Origin: Phoronis australis
Lineage: Eukaryota; Animalia; Phoronida
Assembly (NCBI GenBank): GCA_002633005.1
Contig: NMRA01000242.1
Coordinates: 346,868 to 410,867, forward strand
Reading direction: 5' to 3'
DNA length: 64,000 bases
Shown: piece after piece, positions 52,977-64,000 of the stretch
How the letters are laid out: each line of letters begins with the position of its first letter
How positions within the stretch are numbered: position 1 is the first letter of the stretch
The notes under the pieces: model-generated
Database searches by the model: none
What the model was told of the DNA's origin: nothing
Seen by the model: the letters and a program-made list of their open reading frames with translations, nothing else
Translations under genes and position numbers: made by a program

Positions 52977-53396
52977 TGAAACCATTCATTCTTCCACCAG
53001 GTGAGGACTGGAGGAACTATGTATAACATGAGTGAAAGAAACATTTGGCATGCAAAGACGTCACAAATAAATAAGAAAAAAACTAAATATGTGAAGATTT
53101 CATTCAGATTTCTAACAGAATGTAAAATTGACTGCCATAGTCAAAATTACCGATTCAATGAGAGTAGGCCTTATTTGATTTTTAGCCACCTCACAGGGCA
53201 AAAAAGACCTGTCCAGCCTTAAATTCTCTCAAAATATTAACAAAAACACTCTCAAGAACAACATTTTTGAAAGCTTTCAGCTGCTTCTGAAGTGCTTAAA
53301 ACATCAAACCTTAAACACGCCAACTAAGTATCATGTAAGTGAAATAAGTGAGCACTGACGACGCATCCGTTTCTTTCAATGAGCAGCACTCCTTAC

Positions 53397-53492
53397 CCTC
53401 ATCGGCCACAGGTGTTACCCGCTCCTTCACTAGCGACACCTGGCTAACGTCACATGACACACTGTCTTCTTCCACACTCACAAAGGTTTTAC
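53397..53492 (-). CDS. Zinc-finger gene, coding exon 3
   Basis: ttttctgcAG ... G|GTAAGG; 96 nt, phase 1-1, open (GKTFVSVEEDS...ADE). Confidence 0.75.
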
Positions 53493-54061
53493 CTGCAGAA
53501 AATCAATAATCCTGAACAAAAATTATCATCGTTTAGGTCTGCTAATCTTCTTTCTTCACAAACTGTCAGCAAAGCTGTTCATTTTAATAGTTTTTTGTTA
53601 CTAATACATTTCTGTCTTGATGAGTTGCAGTTCTTCTGACATAAAACACAATTCACTTCTTACCAGTTCAGTTATTTTCTCATTAATGCAATTCTTTTCT
53701 TACAACCTGTAGTTCTTCTTGTCAACCATTCACTTCTTACTAAATCAATTCTTTTCTCACTAACTTCTATGGGTGAATAAAAACTGAACAGTTCCAAGGC
53801 AGGGCATTGAAGATGTGATTGTCTCGTCACAGCCATAGAAAGGTCAACTGTGAATAGCGCAGTTGAGAGCAAAAAAAATTGAACTTAACCAGTAAATGGG
53901 TATTCAGTGGGTTAGTTATCAAAGGAATAAAATAGAAATTATTATGCAATCACTTTCTGAAGCACCAAGATAAAACAGACATTGAATTTACAGTAACATA
54001 GCCTTGTTCACTGATCCAAACACCCAAGACAATCAGACAAATGTGTGTATAAGTCTCTCAC

Positions 54062-54121
54062 CTTGCACACTGATCACATATGGGTCAGAGTTCTCTCGTA
54101 ACACAGTGATGGCATTCTCAC
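54062..54121 (-). CDS. Zinc-finger gene, coding exon 2
   Basis: ttaatttcAG ... CAAG|GTGAGA; 60 nt, phase 1-1 (GENAITVLRENSDPYVISVQ). Confidence 0.75.
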
Positions 54122-54920
54122 CTGAAATTAACATAATTCATTACATAGTAAATGAAGGATAAAAAATACGACAATGTTGCCAAGGTTTGGTAATGTTGAT
54201 CTAGTACAAATACAATCCAAGTTTGAAACTTGAAAGAACAAACTATGACTTGGTTGTTTTCACATCAAAGCACCATTACACCCATGATCATTCATTTAAT
54301 AACAAGAGCAATGCAAAATGTAATAGGTGTCCACAGTGCATCGCAAATGGTGTGTTTCTAGGGTGCTTATCAGCTTCAAGAAGCAACAACTGGACCACAA
54401 GGGGGAGTGGCAACAGTCAGAATTAAGTGTACTTGGCAGTTGGTACCTCACCCTTTCAAACTAACATTTGAAGCAAAGAAGTAAAACATGTAACAAAGGG
54501 GCATCCAAAAATTAACAGGTCTAGTCTTTTCATAAAGAAAAATCACAAACTTTGGCAGACACAAAGAAAAACTTAAAACGATATAACGGCACAGCACTTG
54601 CACATGTTAGAATCTGCTCAAACCTGGTAAATGTTACCAACTCCAAAATGAAACCGCCTCTAGAGGGTGCTGCAGCACAAGCCAAATCTGCCAGAAAATC
54701 AACTGAAGCCAGCACACTGATATAACACACAAACACAAAAGTGTCAGATTTTTATTGGAACCCATCGATCATCTAGATCCTATCCCAAAGTACTCTTTTT
54801 AAAAATATTAAAACAGACGGTCAAACACAAAAGGGTCACAAAGGGTGTGTTGCAGAACTCAAATTCACCTAAAATCGACATATACCGCAGCATTGCCATC
54901 ACATATTCTTGTTCTAAGCC

Positions 54921-55290
54921 GTGTGACCAGAATGACTGGAACTAGGCTGGATGTGTGACCAGAATGGCTGGAACTAGATTGGTTGTGTGACCAGAATGGC
55001 TAGTTGCGTGACCAGAATGACTGGAACTAGGCTTGTTGAGAGATCAGATTGGCTGAAACGAGGCTGGTTTTGTGACTAGAATGGCTGGAACTAGGCCAGC
55101 GTGTGACCAGATTGACTGGAACTAGACTGGTTGTGTGACCAGAATGAGCGGAACAAGGCTGGTTGAGTGACCAGAATGGGTAAAACTAGGCTGGTTTTGT
55201 GACTAGAATGGCTAGAACAAGGCTGGTTTTGTGACTAGAATGGCTAGAACGAGGCTGCTGTTGTGACCAGAATGGCTAGAATAGCTGGCT
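54921..55290. repeat. 32-bp minisatellite, ~12 degenerate copies
   Basis: Unit gtgtgaccagaatggctggaactaggctggtt. Confidence 0.9.
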
Positions 55291-55363
55291 CAGTGACCGA
55301 ACTGCTTTTGTATTGTACATTGACTCTTTCAAGTAGGTCAGCTACATACGGTGCTATAATTAC

Positions 55364-55469
55364 CAGATGTTGTGTCCTTGTGTACAAGTCTCTCATTTTT
55401 TTTCAGTGCTATCAATGTCTTCAGCTGCCTGTAGGACAAAGCGACAGTAACCTTCATCTCTCTAAACAT
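55364..55469 (-). CDS. Zinc-finger gene, probable coding exon 1
   Basis: Acceptor tgtgttgcAG at 55477, ATG at 55469, MFREMKVTVALSYRQLKTLIALKKNERLVHKDTTS, G|GTAATT phase 1. Seven exons total 1977 nt = 658 aa. Confidence 0.65.
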
Positions 55470-55807
55470 GGTTCACCTGCAACACAATGAAATACATGTT
55501 ACCTTCTTAAACAATAGGTAAGTTTAATAACCTTTCAAATAAAGTTCCTCTAAAACACTGTCTCAAGTATTTTACGATAACAGATTCACATTAGACAGTC
55601 ATATAGGGAACGTGCTTCAGCGCAAGCTAAATCAAGAAACATTTTTGTCAACAAATTCCAATGCTTGACCAGCCAAAACTCCTCCAGTGGTAATTTATTC
55701 ACTAGACAGCCTTTAAATCAAGCCAATGACTTTGAACAAGATCATTGAAATTTGATTTTTGTAACATTGCTAGCAGTAGCAGGACTTTCTCCAACACGCC
55801 AGCTAAA

Positions 55808-55871
55808 AAGTAACAACAAGTAACAACAAGTAACAACAAGTAACAACAAGTAACAACAAGTAACAACAAGT
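55808..55871. repeat. (AAGTAACAAC)6 10-bp repeat
   Basis: Perfect tandem copies. Confidence 0.95.
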
Positions 55872-57808
55872 CTGCAGTTTGATATCATGATATAGGAGAG
55901 GACCAGTTGATCAAACACTAACAACACTCTATAATAATTCTGAAATATAATCAACGTCTTGAACAACAATTGTGATGGCGTTTTCTGAAGCACCTGGAAA
56001 TCTCCTGCGAACTTCCTTTGAAGATGATCACAGACGCACTCATCAGGTGATGTAACTTCACTGCAGCTCCATTTTGGAGTGAAAAACTGTGTAGACCTTG
56101 ACTAAATTGAAAATTTAATATTTTTTATCAATGACAGCCATGTCAGCACAGTGCACCAAAGGAAATTGAATTTTGTTATTACTGCCACACTCATTGCCAG
56201 AATATCGAGAATTTCTTGATTTCCATTTTCCACATTGTGTTTCAAATATCCACTTTGTTTACTCTTGCACAGTCAAAGCTGATGGCTACAGCATAAACAA
56301 GTACTGCAATGTATATTCTCTGTCTAGTATCGCATCAAGCGGCTGATAAGAGTGCCTGTGACTTTGACGTCCATTAATTTTTTAACTATCCCAATAATTC
56401 TAACCAAAAAATTTGGCTCTCCGTTGGCTACAGTCAGAGATGTTGGGATCGCTCCTGTATAGCTACAGCGAGCGGCTGATAATGCTTGTGTAAGCCTGTG
56501 GTCGAAATAGATTGTACCATCACCATGTCAACTGGCCACAGTAGGAACAGTGGTACTGCTTATGGTACAGCATGGACATCCCGTAGGCCTTTCATTAGCC
56601 GGAAGCTTTTGGGCGAATTATGCCTCAGTGATTTCATCAAATTCACATTGCTATAAGTACCTTTTGTGCATAGAGGGTCGCCTTAGGAGACTGTCGATGA
56701 CTTTAATTCCTTTTAACCCGAACAAATACACTGTAATCAAACTTTAAAAAAATGTGAGTAGTCCTTCATTCAGTTGCCTGTATCAGTAACTGGCCATTTT
56801 TACACTGGTCGCGCCAGATGTGATGGGAATATTTATTGAGTTGGAAGGAATTACAGACATCCACAGCTTTCTAAGGGTTCTAAGTGTCCCTCTTTGTGCA
56901 AAAGGTACATATACATATAGCAACATGACTCTGATGGTTTAATCAAAGTGAAGCACAATTCGCTGAAAAAGTTCCCTCGCATGAAGGACCTATTGGATGG
57001 CCACCGCCTCTACTGGTAGTTGAAACCATGGCACGTTGTCTATGAATGTTTAATCCACAGGCGCTTCAATTTCCCGATGACTCATAACCGTATATACGAA
57101 AAATAAAGGTTGGACACTAAAACTTTGCCGAGCTGAGGCTCCCAACTTCAACTGTCCCAAGTACAAATAAAATCTCCGTGTATCTTTCTCAAGCTGGTAT
57201 TGCACAAACTTCCGAAGCCTTATCTTTCCTTGATTCCATTAAATTATCCCTGTGAGTGGTGAATTGGCGACGAAATTTTCAAAACAAACTCAAAACTCTG
57301 AATTCAAGGACCTAAAATACTTAACATGGCAGATTTCAGTTGTGCTTTAACATGTGCACCTGTCGAAGATAAAATTTCAAGTTTGAGCAAGCAACCCCTA
57401 CGTCAAAGTCAAGGAATCTATCTCCAATTTCAATGATTGAGGTTATCAAAAGTAACCTTCCACTTCCAATTTGTTTCTTGTTATAGCTCATTTTAACCCT
57501 TAACCTAGAATTTAATTGCAAGAAGCGGCGTATTTTGTGTTTGATCTTGACCTTATGTGCTACTCTTTGTTGAAGCACATCGGATTTTTGGTGGACATTT
57601 CCGATGTCTGACCACACGTTTAGTCACGGTAAATCGTCATCGGTAAATGCCAGATTTCGCTGTAGGCCAGAGTTAGAAGCCAGCAACCCTTGGTACCACG
57701 GTTATAAACAATGCTGATTAGCATAATCAGAGTTTAATTACATTCAAACTGCTACTAAATTATGTGGAGGACATACCAGAATTGCTTCGGGAGCATCTGC
57801 CAAAAACC

Positions 57809-58577
57809 TAGCCTTGGTACAAAGCTGTATATAAATATATATATATATACAGCTTTGCACCGATGTGGGTAAGATAAAATGTGACACAAAATTAGTGTTA
57901 TTAAAAACTACAGTCTTCCTAAAGTAAACTAAATTATTTAACGGTGTTGGAAAAAATGGCGTTCTACCGTTATTCTGCTGCTAAAGTTGTGGAGCAATCT
58001 TCAGCGACAGCTTTTGGCGCCATGATATATTGCGTCACCTATTGGCCAGTTTCTCTTTTTGCCGATTCTACAAACAACTATTCATCTTTCACGAGGTTGC
58101 GTACACGTCATAACAAATTATCGGAACTGGTTTCACTTCATTATAAGTTATTAGAATTTTGATACCGAAAAACTGAATTTCAGAAGAAATTTTGCTGCTG
58201 CCAAGGTATCATCATCTCCTGAGAGATGTTGCAAAAATTTTGGAAATGGCATGTGCGTGTGACACAAGCATACTGTTTTCAAAACGATGACATAATTTTC
58301 ATGGTTAGAAAGGCAGAGAGTTACGCAAGAAAATGACGTTTATTGCATTGTTTTTCACTTAAACGGCTGTAACGGGCAAGGTGAGTGTCGGTTGATTCCC
58401 AGATTTTGCATGCACCCCACCCGGTCTTCAGCTTTATACGTTGATACAAGTTTCATGGTGCGGTGACGAGCAGAACTACCCTGGCTGTGTGCAATTTCTG
58501 GATCTACGGAAGAAATACACACAGTTGTACCTAGCTGTATTTTGACGACAGTCTTCATACAGCTAGCTGGCTGGCTA
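57809..58577 (-). mobile_element. TAGCC...GGCTA hairpin-ended repeat, free-standing copy
   Basis: TAGCCTTGGTA-CAAAGCTGTATA(TA-rich loop)TATACAGCTTTG at the left, GGCTA at 58573-58577; reverse-homologous to 5865-6731 and 11000-11672. Confidence 0.75.
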
Positions 58578-59087
58578 CCAAGAACCCAGATGCTCAAAGA
58601 TCGTCTGACATCAAAGTCCTACGTCACAAAATAAGGCCCTTGAATTTATGATTTTGGAGTTTTTTGACATTTTTTGTCATCAAATCACCACTTGTGAAGG
58701 CAATTTGAAGAGATCAAATGAAAGAAGGTATTCAAAGATATGTTCGATGCTAGTTTCGTGGAGTTCCTTGCACATTTGAGTTGAAAATTCTGAGAAAGCA
58801 GATTTTGAGTGTCCAACCTTTATGTTTTCTTAGTAGTGAGTGACGTTAGTCGTGATCGAGGAACAGATAAACTCAAGCGCCTGCGGTCATGAGAGTACAG
58901 AGCCTGAAGCGAAGGAGGGAATCAGAAAATACTAATATTAATTGGCTACAATTTTGGAGTCGGATTGCAAAGAATATCCAAAGTCTCACCTGTACATATT
59001 GATGCTGTTACATAAGTTGTTTGTGTTGCACTCTAACGCGATTTCATGATTTACTTGTTTATTTTTCAACACCACAAAACTACTTAC

Positions 59088-59200
59088 CTCTTTTATTGCA
59101 ATGTTGTCTCCGTAAGCAGGAGAACATTGGATTTACACTGCGCCCTCTAAAGAATGCTATCTTGCTGTGCGTGAACTTGGAATCCAAGAGTGCATGCGTA
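59088..59200 (-). other. Candidate non-coding first exon of the zinc-finger gene
   Basis: Consensus GAG|GTAAGT donor at 59087 (alternative CAG|GTGAGA at 58989) in a CpG-richer zone; the acceptor at 55477 needs an upstream exon. Confidence 0.45.
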
Positions 59201-59662
59201 TTTATGCGTGACCTTGGAATACACGAGGAAACTTGACAAGTTCACTAATATAATCAAGTTCACGTTGATAAGAAATTACACTGCACTAAATCAAATTATT
59301 TCTAAATAAAATGTCACAAATTTTAACCAATCTTCAGTATTCAACTATTGGCGATCTTATTCACCAAACATGCTAACGTTGTGGCGGACTAAATAAAATT
59401 AAAAAATTAGTAAACTTTTATGTCATTTTATCGGACTTTTTGTTTCTCACAGGCGGACCTTTTTGCCCACCTCGCCAAATGGGGGGGGGGGGGGTAAAGA
59501 AGAAAGTGTGTGATCACGAGGCCAATAATTGCAAAAACTCTTTACACTGAAAAAAATTTACGTGATTGCCCAAATGAATATTCAATTACAAGCTCACGCA
59601 TACGCGATCATTGAAATTAAGCAAGTTCCGCAAAGCAATCTGACGCGTTGGGCCACAGTTAT

Positions 59663-60569
59663 CGGTTGCATGAAACAGTCCCAAATAGGAACTCAACTAA
59701 GTTCCCTAAATTAACCTAATGTGTAATTGTGAGGTTATGAAAACACTGATTGTCCTCCATTATGATGTTTTAGTTTCATTACTAAGTCAATGTTTGGCTT
59801 TAATACTAATTGAGAGAGGACACTGATTGTCCTTCATTTTGATGTTTTAGTTTCATTACTAAGTCAATTTTTGGCTTTAATACTAATTGAGAGAGGACAC
59901 TGATTGTCCTTCATTATGATGTTTTAGTTTCATTACTAAGTCAATGTTTGGCTTTAATACTAATTGAGAGAGGACACTGATTGTCCTTCCTTATGCTGTT
60001 TTAGTTTCATTACTAAGTCAATGTTTGACTTTAATACTAACTGAGAGAGGACACTGATTGTCCTTCCTTTTGCTGTTTTAGTTTCATTACTAAGTCAATG
60101 TTTGGCTTTAATACTAATTGAGAGAGGACACTGATTGTCCTTCATTTTGCTGTTTTAGTTTCATTACTAAGTCAATGTTTGGCTTTAATACTAATTGAGA
60201 GAGGACACTGATTGTCCTTCATTATGATGTTTTAGTTTCATTACTAAGTCAATTTTTGGCTTTGATACTAACTGAGAGAGAACTCGACATTGATTTCTCA
60301 CTAATTATCGAAACTATAATGTTATAGAGATCTTTTCATGCAACGCCCATAAGTTAAGGACCAAGTCTGGTCTTATTTATTTCTCATTTAATTCAGAGCT
60401 CAGTTTTTAATTATATTATTAGAAAATGTCATTAGTCAAAGAGGAGCTCATAATAAAGATGAAATGATGATAGAAAAAGATTCCAATTGAGTAAACAATT
60501 AAAGACTCAGATAGGCAAAAGATTTATTGAACTTAGTCGAGTCTCTGTGTCGGTTTCATGCAACCCGGC
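59663..60569. mobile_element. Harbinger-like MITE carrying a 77-bp array
   Basis: TIR core GGTTGCATGAAAC / GTTTCATGCAACC, with an internal repeat of the motif at 60333-60348. Confidence 0.6.
59743..60281. repeat. 77-bp minisatellite, 7 copies
   Basis: Unit acactgattgtccttcattatgatgttttagtttcattactaagtcaatgtttggctttaatactaattgagagagg. Confidence 0.95.
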
Positions 60570-61166
60570 ACAGGTATAGCGAAACTTAGCTGGTGGCTAG
60601 CTGTGTGTATATATACAGTCACGTTATAAGTCCGTGGCATGACTGAATGCCACTAAATATGCTCCAACATATTAGGATCGGTACTTCAATCGCTATTTCA
60701 GTATTCGGAAGAAGAAAACATTGACAAAATTTTCACCATGACTAGGCAAGGTCAGAGACAAGACATGTTGTTTTCGCTTCAACTTGCAAGCTAAATACAT
60801 AACAATAAGCTGCAGTGCGCCCTCGGCCTGTTCGAAAATCGAATTCACTGAATTCTAACTAAATCTCAACAAAATCTAGGCAGGCGTAGTTCCTTGGGCG
60901 TAGTCGAAGTTGCGACAAGTTACTGCGTCAGTCCATTCACAAACAATTATAGCGACTAGACACAATGCACATTCAAGTGTGACAAAAAATCGACTAAACT
61001 GACAAATTATTCTGGAAAGAAATTTATCCAAATTTGGCTGAGTCTTGGAGACTTCCGCTGAAGTTGTCTAGTATATTTTGAAATCTTTTGATGCATGTAC
61101 CTTTAAATTGCAATATCGCAAAACCCCGACTTGCACAGATATTCTGCTGCATTAATCAGTTGGGAG

Positions 61167-62086
61167 TTGATCATGTGGTGTCATCTCCTTAGAGGTTGAC
61201 TTGAAATGAACCGCCATTCTGATCTGTTCTTTGCCTTTCTGATACATTCTTGCAGCCATAGATTCGTCCAATACTTGATGTCGTCCAGCCACATTCTGCG
61301 TTGTCTACCTCTTGCTCTCGCCCCTTCTGTTTTTCCTTCCAGTATGTTCTTGCAGATGGTGTCATGCCTTTCAATGTGACCAAAGTATTTCAGTAATCTT
61401 GTTTGAATTGTATTTAGGTTTAATTTTGAGCAAGTTACAAACATCTTTGTTGGTCTTTCTTTCTGTCCAGCTGATTCTTGACATCCGTCTGAATGTCCAC
61501 ATTTCAAAGGCCTCTATTTTTTTCTCCATGTTTTTATTCATTGTCCATGTCTCAGATCAGTAAAGCAGTACAGAATGTATGTAGCATCTCACAAGTCTTA
61601 TTCTAAGAGTGAAAGAGATGTTATTTGATATAAGCACTCCTGCCATAGAGATGAACCTAGATTTTGCCATTCCGATGCGTGTCTTTATTAACCTTTGGAA
61701 AAATACACAATAGGTTTCCGACCTTACTATGGGGGGTGGCCACAAGCTTACTTTTCAGCCTTGATGTGCCCCTGTGCGCCCCTCACGCTTTGCTGTTTCG
61801 CCTTCCTAGCCGTTGACCATTACTGGTTCATCCGCCTTTTCAGCTGTCTTAGACTTCGTGTACTAGAGGCCAGACTTGCCTCACTCATAGATCCAGGATC
61901 AATGGGTTCACTCACGAAATTTAGCCGGTCACTCAAAACCGTTGCCCGGGGTGTGGCCACTGCCGTACAGAAGCAGTACGTGAGCTAGATGTAGAAGTGA
62001 TAACCAATTGGGTCCTGGCCATCTCCCAAAGGGAGGGTGGCTGCCAAAAGGTACTACCTCTCCTTCTACACTTTACCCCCCCAAAA
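61167..62086 (-). mobile_element. Internally deleted (bipartite) RTE-clade non-LTR element with 7-bp TSD
   Basis: TTGGGAG at 61160-61166 and 62087-62093. 61181-61698 encodes IKTRIGMAK...LLY*SETW...IEAFEMW..RRMSRISW...LKYFGH...ILEGK.EG.R.RGRQRRMWLDDIK (RTE C-terminus, one stop and one frameshift). 61700-62086 is a GC-rich 5' UTR-like segment. Confidence 0.88.
61911..62082 (-). ncRNA. Candidate HDV-like self-cleaving ribozyme (probably degenerate) at the RTE 5' end
   Basis: P2 CTCACGTACT/ATTTCGTGAG, P3 GCT/GGC, 7-nt L3 TCTGTAC, GG-GCAA, P4 CGGT/ACCG, J4/2 GCTAA; P1 imperfect. Confidence 0.55.
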
Positions 62087-62333
62087 TTGGGAGATACATT
62101 AATAATATTTTTTCTATGACAACAGTGTGAAGATTCGATGGGATGTGTGTTGTGTAATGTCTGATTCTCATTTGAAAAAAATCTATCCCCCTACACACTT
62201 ATTATAACCTTGGACAAATAAAGTATTGCAACAAATGCTCAAATGGAGTAAAAATTTTCGATGCTTGCTTTCTGTAAACAAGAGCTACGTGGAGCGTTGA
62301 AATGCATCCACGACTGCAATGTAATTACAGTAC

Positions 62334-63170
62334 AGCCGATTTCATAAAGGTGGTTTAAAGTTAAACCTGCTTTAAAGTGGTCTTAGATCAGGTTTAAAGA
62401 TAACCAGCATTTCATAAAGGTGGTTTAACGTTTAGACCATTGATCTAGTAAAACTACAAGTCAACGTTGTCGTGCTCGTAAAAGATGACTGGTTGAGTAG
62501 CAACGGATTTGTGAAAAGCTGCCTTGCGAAAACTTTGACGTCTACTTTTCGAACAAATTAATTTTGATGCTTTGCTCCGATGATTAGTGACTGCTTTCGT
62601 GTAGACATTTTGTCTCAGTTGTTGCACTTTCGATTGAGTCGGCATTATTTTGGATTTTGTGTTTATCAGCGAAGTTTCACCGCTTTCTCGGGGGAGTGAA
62701 GTTACTGCAGGCGCAACTTGTTGTGTTTTGATTTATTATGTTTATGTATTTTCATTGCTCGTGTTGTATATTTGAAGTCCCCCACCTCAGTCTTGGACAC
62801 GACACGAGGTACTGGCATTTAAAAGCACTTTTCCCGCCAGTTCTATTCACTCGAATTCTTATCTGTGTGTAATGCATTGCATTCTTTCGTGTCCCTAGTT
62901 TTGGTATTTTCGCACCTTGTAGGCCTACTTTCACCGTATTTCTCTCTTCGTTTTTCATGTCGAGGGTTCTGGCGTTGTTCGCTGTGACCTTGAGATTGCA
63001 GTTCATAAATCAGTTAGTTTCTTGTTCCTACATTTTGGTTATAACTGCCCGCGTGGTGAAGACGTTCATGGTGCTGACTCACAAGAGTAGTCACGTGACA
63101 CTGTTTTGGCAAAATAACCGGATGTTTAGCATCTTCTGACAATTCATTGTGTAAATTTACAACCTGCAAT
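62334..63170 (-). mobile_element. Harbinger-like remnant with possible decayed Myb/SANT-like ORF
   Basis: Terminus with doubled atttcataaaggtggtttaa; minus frames NKKLTDL*TAIS...RKYQN*...VNRTGG. Confidence 0.4.
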
Positions 63171-64000
63171 CTGCTACCCCCACACGCTCATAACACACGT
63201 ACAATTACTCAAAAGTTTTGTTTTTCTACTTTTGTTAGTGGATCACTTCCTAAGTCAACAAACTTCATAGTTTGATGGTAAAAGCCGTATGTATCTTTGT
63301 CGGCGGACAACGACAGGGTGGCGGGGGGGGGGGGGGGGGATGGCTCCTCATATTTTTCAAAATCTTGGTTATAGTTCTTCAATTTACAAAAAACACACAC
63401 GAAAAGCCTGGGGCAAAATTCTAGGAGAAAATTTTGAATTCGTGGTACCGAGATTAAAGAAATCGAAGTAGAAAGTTGTCTATTCCCTATAATAATTATT
63501 ACATGTTGTGGAGACCTGCAGTAGATTTTCCCTCTACTCGCTAATTGTTCACTATTTTCAAATCCAGTAAATGTAATATATTAAGAATATAATAATAAAT
63601 GAAATGCATATCAAAAAAGACAAATCATTTAGATTTGCTTACTACGATGTTATTTAGGCGGTGCTGTTACGAAACAACATCGCTAAAACCAGAATCAACA
63701 AAATTGTATGAGCCACAAGCAGACGCGAACATGATTTAGACTGTGTGAAAGAGAACCTTTTGGATAAGTGTGTGCGATATGTGAAAAAAAAGAAAAGCAA
63801 TTTCCTTCATTCAGTTATGAAAATGAAGAACTCAAGACTCCGCCCCTGTCAGGCACATAGTACAGCAGAAATAATAAGCAATGAGGTGCAAAGAGGAATG
63901 CAATATCAGGTTTTTTTCTTTTTAATCACAACATTGTTTATTTCTTTTTAATTACAACATTGTTTTCACGAACTGTGAGCAAGCATTGCTGTAGTGTCCA

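Noticed and set aside
57336-57617. Dynein heavy chain AAA5-like peptide (IEIGDRFLDFD)
   Set aside because: The resemblance is limited to ~10 residues and flanking frames do not continue it.

Overview
Eukaryotic, AT-rich, repeat-dense animal DNA, most consistent with a marine invertebrate; the species cannot be determined from sequence. Two spliced minus-strand genes can be reconstructed by hand. (1) The 5' end of a LIMCH1/LMO7-like calponin-homology gene: exon 1 at 41363-41256 and exon 2 at 73-1, separated by a ~41.2-kb first intron. (2) A 7-coding-exon, ~658-aa AT-hook + 9 C2H2 zinc-finger gene at 55469-46023. The rest is mostly transposon debris: TTAA-flanked Kolobok-type elements with THAP/KolX remnants, piggyBac-like, hAT-like and Harbinger-like elements, HINE/Helentron-type MITEs, RTE/L2/Tx1 LINE fragments, tRNA-derived SINE heads and about a dozen minisatellites. 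Several single-N joins are flanked by near-identical duplicated blocks that look like uncollapsed haplotypes and expose empty versus filled insertion sites. The most notable items are a TSD-flanked 920-bp bipartite RTE element whose 5' end folds like an HDV-type ribozyme, a TAGCC...GGCTA hairpin-ended repeat nested inside two different TTAA transposons, and a presence/absence Kolobok derivative keeping both convergent ORF starts. All calls are by eye; no database search was run.
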